Assembly (NCBI GenBank): GCA_042584585.1 | Contig: JBHOSQ010000001.1 | Coordinates: forward strand, 58,694-122,693 | Source: an archaeon | GTDB lineage: Archaea; B1Sed10-29; WALL01 | Direction: 5' to 3' | Length of the DNA stretch: 64,000 bases | Shown: in pieces, positions 9,557-18,627 of the stretch | Position numbering within the stretch: the stretch's first letter is position 1 | How the letters are laid out: each line of letters begins with the position of its first letter | Notes under the pieces: model-generated | The model's database searches: none | What the model was told of the DNA's origin: nothing | Seen by the model: only the letters and a program-made list of their open reading frames with translations | Position numbers and translations under genes: made by a program

Positions 9557-11922
9557 TACTTTGCCACCCCTCCATCAATCCCGTCGATGTAAACGTCGCG
9601 GGGGCCCTTCGCGGAAGCGAAAGAAGCGTGGTAGACCGGGCGGTACACAAACGAAATGTCGCGAATCTTTACCTCGCCGAAAACAGTGGGGATGTCGGCG
9701 ACGGATTCCTTCGCCACGCGCGGCGTCGGAACAAACCCGCTCGCCTCGCCCATCACAAACCGCGACTCAAGTGTAGTGTACTCAGGAGTGTTAATCGCCT
9801 GCGGCAAGTCAAACTGCTGCTTCAATGTATACGTGCGGGCGCGGCCGTCGTCCACCGCCACAAGCAACCCGTCCTCAGCCAAGTCCTCCGCGTTCGTGCG
9901 CGCGGTCGTCTCGGTAATGTTCGCGACGCTCGCGATTCCCTTCGCGCTCGCCTGCTTGCCCTTCCGCAAAGCAACAATTATCTTGCGCTTGCTCTTGTTC
10001 ATCGCGGCCAAAGCCCCAACCCCCTTGGTCGAAGCCATCCCGCTCTTGCCAACGCTCAACAACTCGCCGTTCATGCCGTCAACAAAACAAACCGAGCGCT
10101 TGAACCCAGTGCCCTGGTAATAATCATAGTCCACCTTGTAAATCGGCCAGTACTCCAGGCGGAAGTCCTTAAGCGCCTCATCCTCGCCGAACAATCCGAA
10201 GAGCTTGGCCTTGCGCTGCTTCAGCGCACGCGCCTTCGCGCGCTCCTCGTCCAACTCGGCCTTGAACACCAACAAGTTCTCGCCGCTCACTGCCTCAGGA
10301 ATCGGCTCATCCTCCTGGACCTCTTCCGCTGCAACCGTCTCCTGCTCCAGGATTTCCTTGAGCACAAGCTGCTCGTTGTCAACGTCCGCCTCCCCAATCG
10401 CCTTCACGACTTTTTTCGCGGATACTTTCGTGCCGTAGCGCTTGTTGATGGTGCGGGCCAACTGGTCAATCTTCGACAAGTTCACGCGGCCGAAGTCCAC
10501 CAACTGCTTCTTCACCATCTTGATTACTAATCCCTCGACCTGCTCTTCCGACAATGTTTCCTCGAAGTCAACGCTTCGGGTCTCACGCCCCTCGTGCTGC
10601 GAGAACCGCGGGCGCAAGTGAGCCGCGAACACGCGGTTCGTGTGGTCGCTCCTGTCGCCAATCAAGCAGTGGCCGATTGGAAGAGTCTTGATGAACCGAG
10701 AAGAATACTCCTTCGGAATGTCGGCGGGCATTCTCTTGAACACGGCTTTGATGTCGTCGTCAAAAGTCAATTTGTGGCACACCAACAAGTCCAGCTGCGA
10801 CAAGACTTTGGTGTCCAACGCGGACGGCTGCTGCGTAGCCATCACCAAAGAACAGCCGGGCCGGCGGCCCTGCTTCACGTATTCAATCATGGCGTCGCTG
10901 GCCGCGGTCTTTTGCGAGCCAGACGGAATGAGCGTGTGTGCCTCGTCAATGAACAGCCACGTCGGCGGAATCCCTGTCTCGAGCACTTCTTCCATGGAAA
11001 CCGCGAGCCGCTTCATCGCGCTCTTGCGCGTGGCGAGCTTGCGCGCGTTAAGGATTTTTCGCGCGAGGAGGCCGATGACGAGCGCGTTCACTTTTTCGTC
11101 GAGGAACGAAACGTCGATGACCGAGACTTTTCCCTCTTGGCACAAGTCAACGAGCGGAGTTCCGTTCGCCGAAAAGATTCCCCACGACTTTGCCGACTCG
11201 AAACGGGATGTGAGGGCCCTTCTGGAATCGCTCTTGAATCCCTTTGCCTTCGAGACCAGTTCGGCATCAGCGTTAAGGCAGTTGATTATTTCTTCAAGCC
11301 CGTAGTCCGGGTTCGGGTTCACGTGCTTGTTTTCGGTTGTCTTGTAGCCGTTGAACACTTTCTCAAGGGCTTTTTCCAGGAGAAGCCCGGTGGGGGAGAA
11401 GCGGTCGATGTCAAAAGTGATGCACCAGTCGTCGACGTTTAGGTCGGCGGGGCGCAGTGCGTAAGTCTTGTCGTAAGTGTCTTTCGGCAGGGTGTTGCGG
11501 ACGCCGTACGGGACGAACACCCTGGTTTCCGCGACGCCGCGGGGCGCGAGGCCCATGCGAATCAATTCGTCGAGCTCGGTTTCTTCCTGGTTCGGGTACT
11601 TCATGGACCAGTAGATGCCGATGGGGTCGATTATGACTACTGCGACGTTCGGGTTTTTGTAAATCAGTTCTTCGGCGATAACGCCGAGTGTGTATGACTT
11701 GCCGGAGCCTTTGGCACCGCACACGAACACGGTGTGGGGCATCAAGGCGTCCAAATAGATGAATTCGCCGTATTTTTCCTGCTCGGCGACTTTGCCCAGT
11801 AACAAGGCGCCTTCGCGGCCGTACTTGCGGTGCAGGGACTGTGAGCGGCCGACGAACACGCTGCGTCCTGCGGCGTCCTCGAGGGCGTCAAGGCCCATAT
11901 TCACGCGTGGCTTGAACTCCAT
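9556..11922 (-). CDS. HerA/FtsK-superfamily (DUF87-type) ATPase with a C-terminal extension containing an HTH-like segment
   Basis: Walker A GAKGSGKS, Walker B LFIDEAH, GRRPG, MATQQPS; start moved to the MEFKP ATG, with TATA about 25 nt upstream. Confidence 0.9.
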   Translation of the reverse strand: MEFKPRVNMGLDALEDAAGRSVFVGRSQSLHRKYGREGALLLGKVAEQEKYGEFIYLDALMPHTVFVCGAKGSGKSYTLGVIAEELIYKNPNVAVVIIDPIGIYWSMKYPNQEETELDELIRMGLAPRGVAETRVFVPYGVRNTLPKDTYDKTYALRPADLNVDDWCITFDIDRFSPTGLLLEKALEKVFNGYKTTENKHVNPNPDYGLEEIINCLNADAELVSKAKGFKSDSRRALTSRFESAKSWGIFSANGTPLVDLCQEGKVSVIDVSFLDEKVNALVIGLLARKILNARKLATRKSAMKRLAVSMEEVLETGIPPTWLFIDEAHTLIPSGSQKTAASDAMIEYVKQGRRPGCSLVMATQQPSALDTKVLSQLDLLVCHKLTFDDDIKAVFKRMPADIPKEYSSRFIKTLPIGHCLIGDRSDHTNRVFAAHLRPRFSQHEGRETRSVDFEETLSEEQVEGLVIKMVKKQLVDFGRVNLSKIDQLARTINKRYGTKVSAKKVVKAIGEADVDNEQLVLKEILEQETVAAEEVQEDEPIPEAVSGENLLVFKAELDEERAKARALKQRKAKLFGLFGEDEALKDFRLEYWPIYKVDYDYYQGTGFKRSVCFVDGMNGELLSVGKSGMASTKGVGALAAMNKSKRKIIVALRKGKQASAKGIASVANITETTARTNAEDLAEDGLLVAVDDGRARTYTLKQQFDLPQAINTPEYTTLESRFVMGEASGFVPTPRVAKESVADIPTVFGEVKIRDISFVYRPVYHASFASAKGPRDVYIDGIDGGVAK

Positions 11923-12026
11923 GTAGTAGCTAGTTACGGCGGGAGGGTATAAATAGGTAATGAAAAATAGGAGTCCGGGGCGCAGACCGACTTCAATCGG
12001 CAAGGGCCCCGAACAGGTACCTGTTG

Positions 12027-12413
12027 TTATTCTGAAGCCTTTTCGGCTTCTGCGGGAGCCTCTTCCTTGGGCTCCTCGACGGGAGCCTTTTTCTTGGGCT
12101 CCTTGGCGGGTGCCTCTGCAGCGGGCTCCGCCTCGGCTACTTCGGTTGACTCAGCAGCCAGTTCCTTTGCCGTCTCTTTGATGGTCTTCGTGGTTGAAGC
12201 CATTTGGCTGATGGCGTCGGCGAGCTGTTGGGGCAGGTTGTTCTCGTCCGGGAAGCCAATGCCACTCTTGTAGCGCTTGTTCCCGTTCGGGAGGAAGTAC
12301 CCCTTGGACAGCGAGATGAACTCGTTGCCCTCAATCTCTTTTCGTGCAACTTCCAGGAAGTTGTTGTTTCCGTATTTTATTTCAGTCGACTTTATAGTTG
12401 TGTATTCAACCAT
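12027..12413 (-). CDS. PC4/whirly-like putative ssDNA-binding protein with an acidic disordered tail
   Basis: FLEVARKEIEGNEFISLSKGYF...RYKSGIGFP resembles the PC4 fold pattern; AGGTG SD. Confidence 0.65.
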   Translation of the reverse strand: MVEYTTIKSTEIKYGNNNFLEVARKEIEGNEFISLSKGYFLPNGNKRYKSGIGFPDENNLPQQLADAISQMASTTKTIKETAKELAAESTEVAEAEPAAEAPAKEPKKKAPVEEPKEEAPAEAEKASE

Positions 12414-12502
12414 TTCTAACACCTGGTGTGGTTGTGCCCATGATTCTAGTGAAAAAGTATAAAAAGATAACCTTATATTCTCGGCAATGAATAACTTCCG
12501 AT

Positions 12503-13519
12503 ATGTCCATTTTCGACAAGAAGGTTGTATTGATTCGGGACGAGCAGCCGTTACTGGAGTACTTCATTCCCGAGAACGTGTCGCGCCGCGACGGCCAGAA
12601 GCAGGAATTGGCTGAGTGCCTTAGGCCTGTGACCGTGAACCGGAAGCCACGGAACGCGTTTTTGTACGGGCCCTGCGGCACGGGAAAGACATTGATGGTT
12701 CAGTGGATGCTCCGGGAACTGGAGGGGCGCACCTCACGCGCGAGGACGGCTTATGTCAATTGCTGGAAGCGGAACACGACGCACGCCGCGCTCACCGAAA
12801 TACTGAGCCAACTCGACATTTATGTTAACTACCGGCAGGCCGCGACTGACCTGCTGAAATTGCTGGAGAAAGAGGCGGCGAAGAAACAGGTCGTTGTTTG
12901 CCTGGACGAAGTCGACTCGATGGAGACGAGTGAGTTGCTGTACGACCTAAGCCGCTCGGGCATCGGAATGGTGATGATATCGAACGACGCGTACGCAATG
13001 ATGGACATTGACCCGAGGATTAAGAGCTCGGTCAACGCGGAAGGCATCGAGTTCCCGGCGTACACGGACGAAGAAGTGCTTGATATTGTGAAGGAGCGCG
13101 CGAAGTACGGAATTGTTCCCGGCGCGGTCAGGGAAAACGACTTGAAGATGATTGCGCGCCTGGCCGACGGCGACGCGCGGATTGCGATTGAAACGCTGAG
13201 GCGCGCGGCGCTTGTGGCAGAGGACAAGGAGCAAACCAAAATCACTTCGAGCGAGGTCAAGAAAGCGTTCGGCAGCACGGGAATGCTGCGGAAGGACGAG
13301 GCCTTGAAAAAGCTGAACGAGCACGAGAAGGTTTTGTATTCGCTGATGGAGAAACAAAAAAACGTGAGCACAAAAGAGTTGTGGGAGAAGTACGTCAAGG
13401 CGGACAAAAAGCCGGCGAGCCAAAGGAGCTACCGGAATTACATGAACCACTTGGCACGGATTGGTTTGATTAGGGCTAGGGGAGAATTGACTGGGAGAGA
13501 ATACGAGCTAGTCGAGTGA
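12503..13519 (+). CDS. cdc6: Orc1/Cdc6-family replication initiator
   Basis: Walker A GPCGTGKT, YVNC, Walker B LDEVD, FPAYT, GDARIAI, C-terminal winged helix. Confidence 0.93.
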   Translation: MSIFDKKVVLIRDEQPLLEYFIPENVSRRDGQKQELAECLRPVTVNRKPRNAFLYGPCGTGKTLMVQWMLRELEGRTSRARTAYVNCWKRNTTHAALTEILSQLDIYVNYRQAATDLLKLLEKEAAKKQVVVCLDEVDSMETSELLYDLSRSGIGMVMISNDAYAMMDIDPRIKSSVNAEGIEFPAYTDEEVLDIVKERAKYGIVPGAVRENDLKMIARLADGDARIAIETLRRAALVAEDKEQTKITSSEVKKAFGSTGMLRKDEALKKLNEHEKVLYSLMEKQKNVSTKELWEKYVKADKKPASQRSYRNYMNHLARIGLIRARGELTGREYELVE

Positions 13520-14242
13520 CGGCACGTGCCCGTCCACGGGCGGCAACTGCTCTTCGACGGGGGGCAATTCCTCGTCGACGGGTGGCAGAATGTTGATGTA
13601 GCTGTTGTGCTTTTCTTCTTTTGTTTCGCTTTGGTGCATCCATCCAGTCATCGCCTGGATTACGCGGGTGCTGTCCCACGCGAACGGTTCGTCCTTGTCG
13701 TTGTCCATGAGCAGGTTAAGGTGCAGGCCCTTCCCCGGGTCATGCTCCTGGACGAAGTTAAAATAAAACACGTAGCTCGCGCCGAACAGGCACACGATGA
13801 CCGCGGAGAACCAGAAAAAGAACCACGACTTTTGGCTGGAGTTCATCACGATGAAGCCAGTTAAGGCGCTGGTGTCCTCCACCGGTGTTGCTGTGGAGAC
13901 GACCGATGCCACCTCTGGGGCTTCGGGAACAGAGACGTCGTGCACCACGACGTATTCGTTGTATCCGTCGGCTGTCGCACGGAACGCATAGTATTCGCCC
14001 GCCTCAGGCGTAAGGAAAAAGTGTGTGCTTCCGTCGTCGCCGGTCACTCCCTTCTTCAGGAAGCCGTTGTGGGTGTGGACCTCGACTAGCGCGCCGGCCA
14101 GCGGTGCGCCGGTGTCGGCGTCAGTGAGTGCGATTACGTAGCCCTGTTCCTCGCCAGCGACTAGTGTGGGCGAGTGCTCGACAGCGATGAGACTCGCCGA
14201 AGCTGCTACTAGCATGAGCACGAAAAGGAACACCTGCTTCAT
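13508..14242 (-). CDS. Surface membrane protein (signal peptide, Ig/carboxypeptidase-regulatory-like domain, TM helix, LPPV-repeat tail)
   Basis: MKQVFLFVLMLVAASA; LTDADTGAPLAGALV; hydrophobic WFFFWFS helix; LPPVDEE/LPPVEEQ/LPPVDGH tail. Confidence 0.8.
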   Translation of the reverse strand: MKQVFLFVLMLVAASASLIAVEHSPTLVAGEEQGYVIALTDADTGAPLAGALVEVHTHNGFLKKGVTGDDGSTHFFLTPEAGEYYAFRATADGYNEYVVVHDVSVPEAPEVASVVSTATPVEDTSALTGFIVMNSSQKSWFFFWFSAVIVCLFGASYVFYFNFVQEHDPGKGLHLNLLMDNDKDEPFAWDSTRVIQAMTGWMHQSETKEEKHNSYINILPPVDEELPPVEEQLPPVDGHVPSLD

Positions 14243-14331
14243 AGTACTCACTGTAGAGTTACAACACACAGTATATAAAAAGTTTTTGCTTAAACGGGCT
14301 GTTTAACGGGGAATTCCGCTCAAAACCAGTT

Positions 14332-15183
14332 CTACGGTACAAAGTGCTCTTTAATCTGGTCGCGGTGGTGGCTTTTTTCGCACGGCTTGCACCTGACCCA
14401 GTCATCGTCGTGGGTTGCATTCATAAACGTCCCGCAGTCCGGGCACGGATAACTGGTCTTCATCCCCCTCTCCAACTCTTTGGGCGCTTTTTTCGTCTTC
14501 CCCTTTTCCTTGAGCTCGGGGAATATCTTTTTGCGGTTTTCCATCATGTGCGAGGCAAGCTTGGGTGGGTCCATCTTGTCCTTTAATTGTTCCCGGGTCA
14601 GGGTCAGCGGGAGTGCCTGTGCCTCTTCGTTGAAGACGCCGTTGCCCTTGATGATGCCCACAGCCATACTCATCATCGGGTCCATCGCCATGTTGGGGTC
14701 GTGTATTGAGCGCGTGAACTCTTCCACTACGGTTCTTACGGCTAGCCCCAAATCAAACGTGAGCGGAAGGCCCCTCTCCACTCTTTTGTTCACGTGGACG
14801 TGGGCAAGTATCTTCGCGGTGCGCCTATCCATCCCCGCTCGGTCCTCGTCCCTTCCGTCTCTGTGGATTGCGGCGGCGAGATAGTGTGTGACGCTCTCAG
14901 GCGTCTTATCATTGAATTCGTGGACTAGTTTGTCGGCAACCGGCTGCAACTCAAAGTCAAGCGGGAGATCGTTATCGATTACGTCTTTCAAGTGCATGTG
15001 GGCGAGCAGTTTCGCCACGTAAGAGTCCACCCTCTCCCCTTTCCTGATTTCCACTGCGAGCTTGTTTTTGAGTATGTCAACTTGCCTCTTGAGCTTGGCG
15101 TCTTCCAGCTTGTTGGCCCGAGCCTCTTCTTTTTCTTTTGCTTGGGCCTCTTCCAGCTCTTCGGCCTCGCTCTTGCGCGCCAT
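14332..15183 (-). CDS. ORFan with an internal duplication and a C-terminal zinc ribbon
   Basis: VAKLLAHMHL..LPLDFEL vs TAKILAHVHV..LPLTFDL; CPDC...CKPC. Confidence 0.8.
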   Translation of the reverse strand: MARKSEAEELEEAQAKEKEEARANKLEDAKLKRQVDILKNKLAVEIRKGERVDSYVAKLLAHMHLKDVIDNDLPLDFELQPVADKLVHEFNDKTPESVTHYLAAAIHRDGRDEDRAGMDRRTAKILAHVHVNKRVERGLPLTFDLGLAVRTVVEEFTRSIHDPNMAMDPMMSMAVGIIKGNGVFNEEAQALPLTLTREQLKDKMDPPKLASHMMENRKKIFPELKEKGKTKKAPKELERGMKTSYPCPDCGTFMNATHDDDWVRCKPCEKSHHRDQIKEHFVP

Positions 15184-15224
15184 GGCAATAATTAGGGATT
15201 CAACAGATAAAAGCGTGTCGGCTC

Positions 15225-15389
15225 CTAAAGGATGTACGACATCAAGGCCTCGGCGACCAAAAAGAACACGGCGATTCCGAGCACGAGCTCGGGCGTAATC
15301 TGAAGCCCGCCGCCGTCAGTATCAAAGTATCGCATGAGCCCCGCGGAACTCATTGGGCCACTGACCGGCTCTCCTTTGTTGACTTTCAT
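15225..15389 (-). CDS. secG: Preprotein translocase subunit Sec61beta (54 aa, absent from the ORF track)
   Basis: Hand translation MKVNKGEPVSGPMSSAGLMRYFDTDGGGLQITPELVLGIAVFFLVAEALMSYIL; SSAGLMRYF signature; AGGTGG SD. Confidence 0.93.
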   Translation of the reverse strand: MKVNKGEPVSGPMSSAGLMRYFDTDGGGLQITPELVLGIAVFFLVAEALMSYIL

Positions 15390-15413
15390 AGGAACCACCT
15401 TTGCACTATTGCA

Positions 15414-17123
15414 CTATTTAAAGATTCTCCTGAGCTGGAAGCCATGCTTCTTCGAAATATAGGCAAACCCGCCGAGAATCAACAGCAGGACTATGCCCGC
15501 GACCACCACAAGGAACACCAACGCCCCCACAATCAGCCACATCGTCGTGTCCATCTCAATGTAAGGCAGCCACCCAACGCCGCCCTTGAACCCCACAAAG
15601 TAAGTCACCGTCCCGTTCACCTCGGTCTTGTAGACCTTGGCGACTCCCTTCAGCTGCTCATCCGGAGAAATCCCCAGCTCCGTCGCCACAGCCTCCTCCA
15701 CAAAAATGTACCTGGCCTCACAATCAGTCACGCCAGCCGCACAAAACGACACGTTGCCGTCAAGCGTCTTGTTCGCCAAAACAAACTGGTCCTCAAGGTC
15801 CTTCGCAGTGTAAATCCCCGCCGACAAGTCAAGCTCCGCCGTCGCCGGCACGCCCTCCTCAGAAGACTCAATCAAGGCAACAAGCGCGTCAAGCCCCTCC
15901 TGCTCTTCCTCGGTCAGCAAGCGGTAAAGCGAGCACTCGTGCGTGCACCCGTGCTCCTCGTCAACGCCCATAACGCCGTCGCACTCCTCCGCGCCGACCA
16001 CAAGGTTGTCCCCGCAAATCGTGGACATGGTCTTGCAGTCCGAAGAGCACGCGAACCCAGTGACCGTCGCGTTGCCGTCACACACCTCGTCCGCGACAAT
16101 CATGTTGTCACCGCACACCGGCAGTTCCTCGGCACAAGTCGACGAGCAAGTGAACCCAGTCGTCACAATCGAGCCGTCACACAATTCGTCGCCGACCAAA
16201 ATGTTGTCGCCGCAAGTGTTCTTGAGGTTGCACGACGAAGTGCACGTCCAGCCCACACTGACGCCGTCTTCGACGTCACACTCCTCACTCCCCTCCATGA
16301 TGCCGTCGCCGCAGTACACCGGCTTGGCTATGCGGGTGTATGCCCCGCCGTCGTAGTCGTAAATGTAGTCAATCGGCAGCGGAATGGTCTCGCTCGTGAC
16401 CATGCGGAAGTTCTTAATCTCCCACGTGTACGGGTAGTCCGCGAACGCGTCCACCGCCATAAGCATCAAAGTCGTCTTGTTCGTGTTGCACTCTCCGCCG
16501 TCCATGTTCAAACGGATTTTTTTCCAGCCGTCGTCCTGGAACGCCTCCGCAGTAACCTCATTCACCTTGACCGCGCTGCCGAAGCTCTGGGCGTCATAAA
16601 CCCAGCCCGCCGCGTTTTCTTCCGACGAGCAGTAAAACCCATACGCGTTCTCGGGGTCGCCCATCCAGTTGCACTCCATGTGCATGTGGCACAGCGAGCG
16701 CTTCTTGTCGTAAAATGATAATGAAGTGACACTAATCGGGATGTCGGTCATGGTCGCCTCGTTGTAGTCGTACGCGAAAGCGAACAGGTTCGGGCCGTCG
16801 TTGTCCGTCTGTTCCCCGCTGCCGAAGTTATGGTTGTAGTCCAGGTCAACCCCCGGCGCGTTCACGCGCACGTCGAACTCAAGGTCGTAGCTCGCGGTCG
16901 TCGGGGTGTCAAACACAGTGGTTAGCTTCCAGAACGCGCGTGACTTGGCCGAAGAGTCCAGGGTCAGGCGCAGCTCGCCGTCATAGTTGAGCGTGGGAGT
17001 GATTTCGTCCGGCCCCGAGCCGAATATGTTGGACGAATATATCCACGTGCCCTCCGTCAAGTCGCTTTCAGCTGCCAAAGCCATGGCAGACAGCAACAAT
17101 ACAGCGAGAAGAATCCTTTTCAT
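15414..17123 (-). CDS. Surface protein with four Myxococcus-type cysteine-rich (DUF4215-like) repeats and a C-terminal TM anchor
   Basis: Signal peptide MKRILLAVLLLSAMALA; CGDGIMEGSEECD, CGDNILVGDELCD, CGDNMIVADEVCD, CGDNLVVGAEECD. Confidence 0.85.
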   Translation of the reverse strand: MKRILLAVLLLSAMALAAESDLTEGTWIYSSNIFGSGPDEITPTLNYDGELRLTLDSSAKSRAFWKLTTVFDTPTTASYDLEFDVRVNAPGVDLDYNHNFGSGEQTDNDGPNLFAFAYDYNEATMTDIPISVTSLSFYDKKRSLCHMHMECNWMGDPENAYGFYCSSEENAAGWVYDAQSFGSAVKVNEVTAEAFQDDGWKKIRLNMDGGECNTNKTTLMLMAVDAFADYPYTWEIKNFRMVTSETIPLPIDYIYDYDGGAYTRIAKPVYCGDGIMEGSEECDVEDGVSVGWTCTSSCNLKNTCGDNILVGDELCDGSIVTTGFTCSSTCAEELPVCGDNMIVADEVCDGNATVTGFACSSDCKTMSTICGDNLVVGAEECDGVMGVDEEHGCTHECSLYRLLTEEEQEGLDALVALIESSEEGVPATAELDLSAGIYTAKDLEDQFVLANKTLDGNVSFCAAGVTDCEARYIFVEEAVATELGISPDEQLKGVAKVYKTEVNGTVTYFVGFKGGVGWLPYIEMDTTMWLIVGALVFLVVVAGIVLLLILGGFAYISKKHGFQLRRIFK

Positions 17124-17228
17124 TACAACACACCCGCGGTTCAATACACTAACTATATATAAATGGCTTGCGGAAAAGTAGTACGAGGGTTCGAAACGAA
17201 CGGCTTGGGCCACGCCATCATCGGCCTA

Positions 17229-17255
17229 TGGGGGGGTGCCAATTGGCACCCCCCA
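17229..17255. repeat. G7/C6 palindrome, copy 2 (between divergent genes)
   Basis: T-GGGGGGG-TGCC-AATT-GGCA-CCCCCC-A; contains a 24-bp perfect palindrome. Confidence 0.85.
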
Positions 17256-17308
17256 AGTCCTTGCCTTTGGCGGCGGTACCCCACACGAGGCATAACAAGG
17301 TGACAAAA

Positions 17309-18592
17309 ATGAGGGCAATATTTCTTTGTGGCGGAATCGGCAAGCGAATGATGCCGATTACCAAGGACAAGGGCCTGCTTAGCTTCTGCGGAAAAGAATT
17401 GGTCCTGCGGCAGCTCGAGCTCGCCGAAAAGCACACCAAGGGAAAGCCCGTGCTCATCTGCTCGCCGCTCAACATCGACGAAATAAAAGAACTGGTCGGG
17501 ACCGGAGCAGAATACGTAATCCAGAAAGAACCCAAGGGAATGGCCGACGCAGTTTTGTCGGCAAAGAAGTTCCTGAAGGGAGAAATAGTCATAATCGCGG
17601 CGAACGACGTTTTCGGCGAACGCGCTTACGAGTCAATCGCAAAGGCCAAGGGCGACGCCGCCCTGCTCGCGGTGAAGGTAAAGAAATACTTCCCCGGCGG
17701 ATACCTCGTGACGAAGGGGAACAAGGTCACGGGCATCATGGAAAAGCCGGGCGAGGGCAGCGAGCCCAGCGACCTGGTCAACGTCGTGTTCCACAAGTAC
17801 AAAAAAGGCGAGGAATTAGTGAAGTGCCTTGAGTTCGCGTCCAGCAGCAAGGACGACGTCTACGAAGTAGCGCTCACGAAAATGTGTGGCGAAAAAGAAG
17901 TCGTTGCAGTGCCGTACACCGGTTACTGGGGCGCGATCAAGTACCCGTTCCACATCCTCGGCGTGATGGGCCACTTTTTGTCCGAGATGAAGCCAATGGT
18001 TTCGCCGAAGGCGGAAATCGCGAAAAGCGCGGTGATAAAAGGCAACTCGATTGTCGAGGCCGGGGCGCGCGTGTTCGAGAACGCAGTGGTCAAGGACTCG
18101 TACATCGGCAGGGACGTGATTGTGGCGAACAACGCGTTGGTGCGCGACAGCCACATCGGAGAAAAAAGCGTGGTCGGTTTTTCCACGGAGGTCGCGAGGA
18201 GCTACGTTGGAAGCAACGTGTGGTTCCACAACAATTACGTGGGCGACTCCGTTGTTATGGATAATACTATGTTCGGGTCCGGGTGCGTGACCGCGAACTT
18301 CCGGTTCGACGAAAAAGAAGTGTACATGGAAATCAATGGCGAAAAAGTGGGCACCGGGTCGAACAAGTTCGGGTGCATTGTCGGCGCCAATTGTAAGACC
18401 GGAATCAACGCCAGCATTTACCCTGGAATCAAAATCGGGGAGCGGTGCTTCCTTGGGCCGGGCGTGGTGCTGCGGGAGAGCGTCGAGCCGAACACGGTGA
18501 TTCTTTTGGCGCAGCAGTGGCAGAAGAGGAAGCAGCGCGACGAGCTCGACCCCAGCATGAAGCTGAAGCTCATGAAGCGGCTAAAAAAATAA
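17309..18592 (+). CDS. Bifunctional sugar-1-phosphate nucleotidylyltransferase/acetyltransferase (archaeal GlmU-like)
   Basis: LCGGIGKRMMPIT..K nucleotidyltransferase motif, QKEPKGMA, hexapeptide repeats, YVGDS, KFGCIVG; AGGTGA SD. Confidence 0.9.
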   Translation: MRAIFLCGGIGKRMMPITKDKGLLSFCGKELVLRQLELAEKHTKGKPVLICSPLNIDEIKELVGTGAEYVIQKEPKGMADAVLSAKKFLKGEIVIIAANDVFGERAYESIAKAKGDAALLAVKVKKYFPGGYLVTKGNKVTGIMEKPGEGSEPSDLVNVVFHKYKKGEELVKCLEFASSSKDDVYEVALTKMCGEKEVVAVPYTGYWGAIKYPFHILGVMGHFLSEMKPMVSPKAEIAKSAVIKGNSIVEAGARVFENAVVKDSYIGRDVIVANNALVRDSHIGEKSVVGFSTEVARSYVGSNVWFHNNYVGDSVVMDNTMFGSGCVTANFRFDEKEVYMEINGEKVGTGSNKFGCIVGANCKTGINASIYPGIKIGERCFLGPGVVLRESVEPNTVILLAQQWQKRKQRDELDPSMKLKLMKRLKK

Positions 18593-18627
18593 ATACTAGG
18601 GATGAGTAGTTAGGGTTAGGTGTGTTC

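Noticed and set aside
12414-12502. Replication origin next to cdc6
   Set aside because: Only about 90 bp, and no ORB-like TCCA..GAAA..GGGG repeats were seen; it is explained by divergent promoters
13528-13590. 21-bp tandem repeat as a DNA-level element
   Set aside because: Third codon positions vary while the LPPV peptide is kept, so it is a protein-level repeat
572-15200. Integrated plasmid or provirus at tRNA-Arg carrying ORFans, an ATPase and cdc6
   Set aside because: No integrase, no duplicated tRNA-Arg 3' end found by eye, no capsid genes, and base composition looks like the rest of the chromosome
15444-16718. 424-aa plus-strand ORF and many similar overlapping ORFs in the track
   Set aside because: Antisense or alternative-frame shadows of well-supported genes, with no recognisable motifs
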